Assembly: GCA_947628355.1 (NCBI GenBank)
Contig: CANQZO010000001.1
Coordinates: 1 to 32,705 of the forward strand
Direction of reading: 5' to 3'
Length of the DNA stretch: 32,705 bases
From: Candidatus Gastranaerophilales bacterium
GTDB taxonomy: Bacteria; Cyanobacteriota; Vampirovibrionia; Gastranaerophilales; Gastranaerophilaceae
In this document: positions 31,747 to 32,705 of the stretch, piece by piece
Numbering within the stretch: the first letter of the stretch is position 1
Layout of the letters: the number at the start of each line of letters is the position of its first letter
Program-made: the position numbers and the translations under genes
The notes under the pieces: model-generated
The model's database searches: none
What the model was told of the DNA's origin: nothing
The model's input: the letters and a program-made list of their open reading frames with translations, nothing else

Positions 31747-32705
31747 TCAGTTTTGTTTTGTTAAATATTCTTTTATTTCTTCAGATTCAAATGAAATATT
31801 TAATGGAGTTTTTTTAAAATATTCATATATGCTTTTAATATTTTTTTCTGTAGGTTTATTTTTATTCTTTTCAAACCATAAATATTCTATTGCTATTTCA
31901 ATATTTTTGCAGTTGATTTTTTCTGTATTCTTTAAAAAATTTTCGGCTTCTTTTAAATTATCATTATAAGTTGGTAAAATAATATATTTTACCACTACGG
32001 ATGAATTATTATTTATAATTTTTATATATTCCTCTATATTTTTCCATACCAAATTATATGCCTTTACTCTTTTTATTTTTTCAAAAGTTTCTTTTGTTCC
32101 CGCATCAACAGAAATTTTTAATCGGCATTTTCCCGCCTGCAATACTTTTGCTATGGCGTCAGAGTATATTATTCCGTTAGAAAGTATTTCAAGCCGGCAA
32201 TTTAAAATTAACGCCATATATAAGATAAATTCCAATTCTCCTTTCGGATATTCGCTGCATTCTCCGCCTGCTACGGTAATAACACAGTTATTGTCTATTA
32301 AATTATTATTATACATATCCTTTAAAACCGGAATAATGTCATAAGTATCGCGCGTATTTAGTTCTTCTTTTGTTTGATTGCTTGTTGTAATCAATGAGCA
32401 GTATATGCAGTTGCAGGAACATTTTGTTCTGTTAGTTATTATAATTCTGTTAATTTTATTGCCCTCATCCCATTCCTTTTTTATAAGACGGCTGCAGCCT
32501 TTACAGCTTGCAGGGATATCCCCAGCTTTTAACATGGTTATATATTCATTTCTTTTGTTTAAATATTCATTTATATTAAATTTTTGACCGCTAAAGTTAT
32601 TGATAAACGTACTTTCGTAGTTATTTGTAGGACTGCAGCAGCAGGGAATTACAGAATTCTGTGCAAAAACTATTTCATGCAGTAAATATTCACAACAAGT
32701 AAATT
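31747..32705 (-). CDS. Radical SAM enzyme, class A paralogue A16 (GGGECxEYP subclade), 5'-truncated by the window edge
   Basis: The track starts it at Met 32535. The same frame stays open to nt 32705 and encodes ...FTCCEYLLHEIVFAQNSVIPCCCSPTNNYESTF...NEYITMLKAGDIPASCKGC, which is the class A N-terminal Cys domain (compare MIFKCCEWALYHLVI...YCC of A2). Motifs CSCNCIYC, TVAGGECSEYP and SVDAGTKETFEKIKRVKAYN. Only about 2-3 codons appear to be missing. Confidence 0.85.
   Translation of the reverse strand, partial: FTCCEYLLHEIVFAQNSVIPCCCSPTNNYESTFINNFSGQKFNINEYLNKRNEYITMLKAGDIPASCKGCSRLIKKEWDEGNKINRIIITNRTKCSCNCIYCSLITTSNQTKEELNTRDTYDIIPVLKDMYNNNLIDNNCVITVAGGECSEYPKGELEFILYMALILNCRLEILSNGIIYSDAIAKVLQAGKCRLKISVDAGTKETFEKIKRVKAYNLVWKNIEEYIKIINNNSSVVVKYIILPTYNDNLKEAENFLKNTEKINCKNIEIAIEYLWFEKNKNKPTEKNIKSIYEYFKKTPLNISFESEEIKEYLTKQN

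Noticed and set aside
994-32587. Numerous 60-129 aa ORFs on the opposite strand or in other frames inside the large genes, for example 5645-5977 (+), 24480-24869 (+), 16635-16931 (-) and 22545-22850 (+)
   Set aside because: Each is fully nested within a well-supported CDS that has conserved motifs. Their translations are low-complexity, F/L/I/S-rich and motif-free, with no SD or promoter context. They are typical shadow ORFs.
886-32705. A RiPP (ribosomal peptide) biosynthetic cluster with many rSAM maturases
   Set aside because: No intergenic gap exceeds about 85 bp, so the gaps leave no room for a precursor ORF. No short ORF outside a larger CDS appears in the track. I found no RRE-like domain, leader peptidase or exporter. 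Precursors encoded outside the window cannot be excluded, so this is kept only as an alternative under the main finding.
886-32705. An antiviral defence island with viperin-like (pVip) radical SAM enzymes
   Set aside because: Neither class resembles what I recall of viperins, which lack an N-terminal Cys domain. No other defence-type genes (nucleases, ATPases, TIR/SIR2 and similar) are present. Twenty paralogues with membrane partners do not fit known defence layouts.
1-32705. CRISPR arrays, tRNA/rRNA genes, IS elements, integrases or terminal inverted repeats marking a mobile island
   Set aside because: I saw no regularly spaced direct repeats, no structured-RNA-like GC-rich segments and no ORF with transposase or recombinase motifs. 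Apart from the 18-bp tandem duplication in P3, the repetition I noticed is at the protein-family level, at most about 75% nucleotide identity over short conserved blocks.

Overview
Strongly AT-rich bacterial window that uses the standard genetic code (TGA is a stop). It is almost fully coding: about 30 genes with tiny or overlapping junctions. I found no rRNA, tRNA, CRISPR array, transposase or integrase. After a partial ORF and a lipoate-protein ligase family gene at the left edge, the rest (886 to the right edge) is one very unusual locus.

The locus holds 20 intact, diverged radical SAM (rSAM) paralogues, each with a CxxxCxxC motif, in two architectures:
- Class A (16 copies, A1-A16; about 326-461 aa) has an N-terminal 4-Cys domain, then the rSAM core.
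- Class B (4 copies, B1-B4; about 340-370 aa) has an N-terminal module matching the SPASM/twitch signature (C-x12-G-x4-C ... GNI..S..EIWNG ... C-x2/4-C), placed before the rSAM core rather than after it.

Interleaved with these are:
- Three paralogous, roughly 510-525 aa polytopic membrane proteins (P1-P3) with a conserved DD motif just after TM1, which looks GT-C-like.
- Five single-pass-anchored SGNH/GDSL-like domains (S1-S5) with an invariant G-C-S block I. One of them is fused through a TM helix to a class B rSAM enzyme, a Rosetta-stone fusion.
- One ApbA/PanE-like NAD(P)-dependent reductase.

I saw no RiPP precursor-sized ORF, protease, exporter, nucleotide-sugar gene or GT-A/GT-B glycosyltransferase.

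Gene orientation flips constantly. Seven of eight convergent junctions lack any terminator, and four overlap by exactly 4 nt at their stop codons. Several lead genes have -10-like hexamers exactly 6 nt from the ATG, which suggests leaderless mRNAs. One sister-paralogue pair shares a palindromic ATTATATAAT in a 22-bp spacer.

My best reading is an undescribed cell-envelope (glycan or lipid) tailoring and diversification system that couples cytoplasmic radical chemistry to extracytoplasmic acyl or glycosyl transfer. That function is inference only. The array continues past the right edge.
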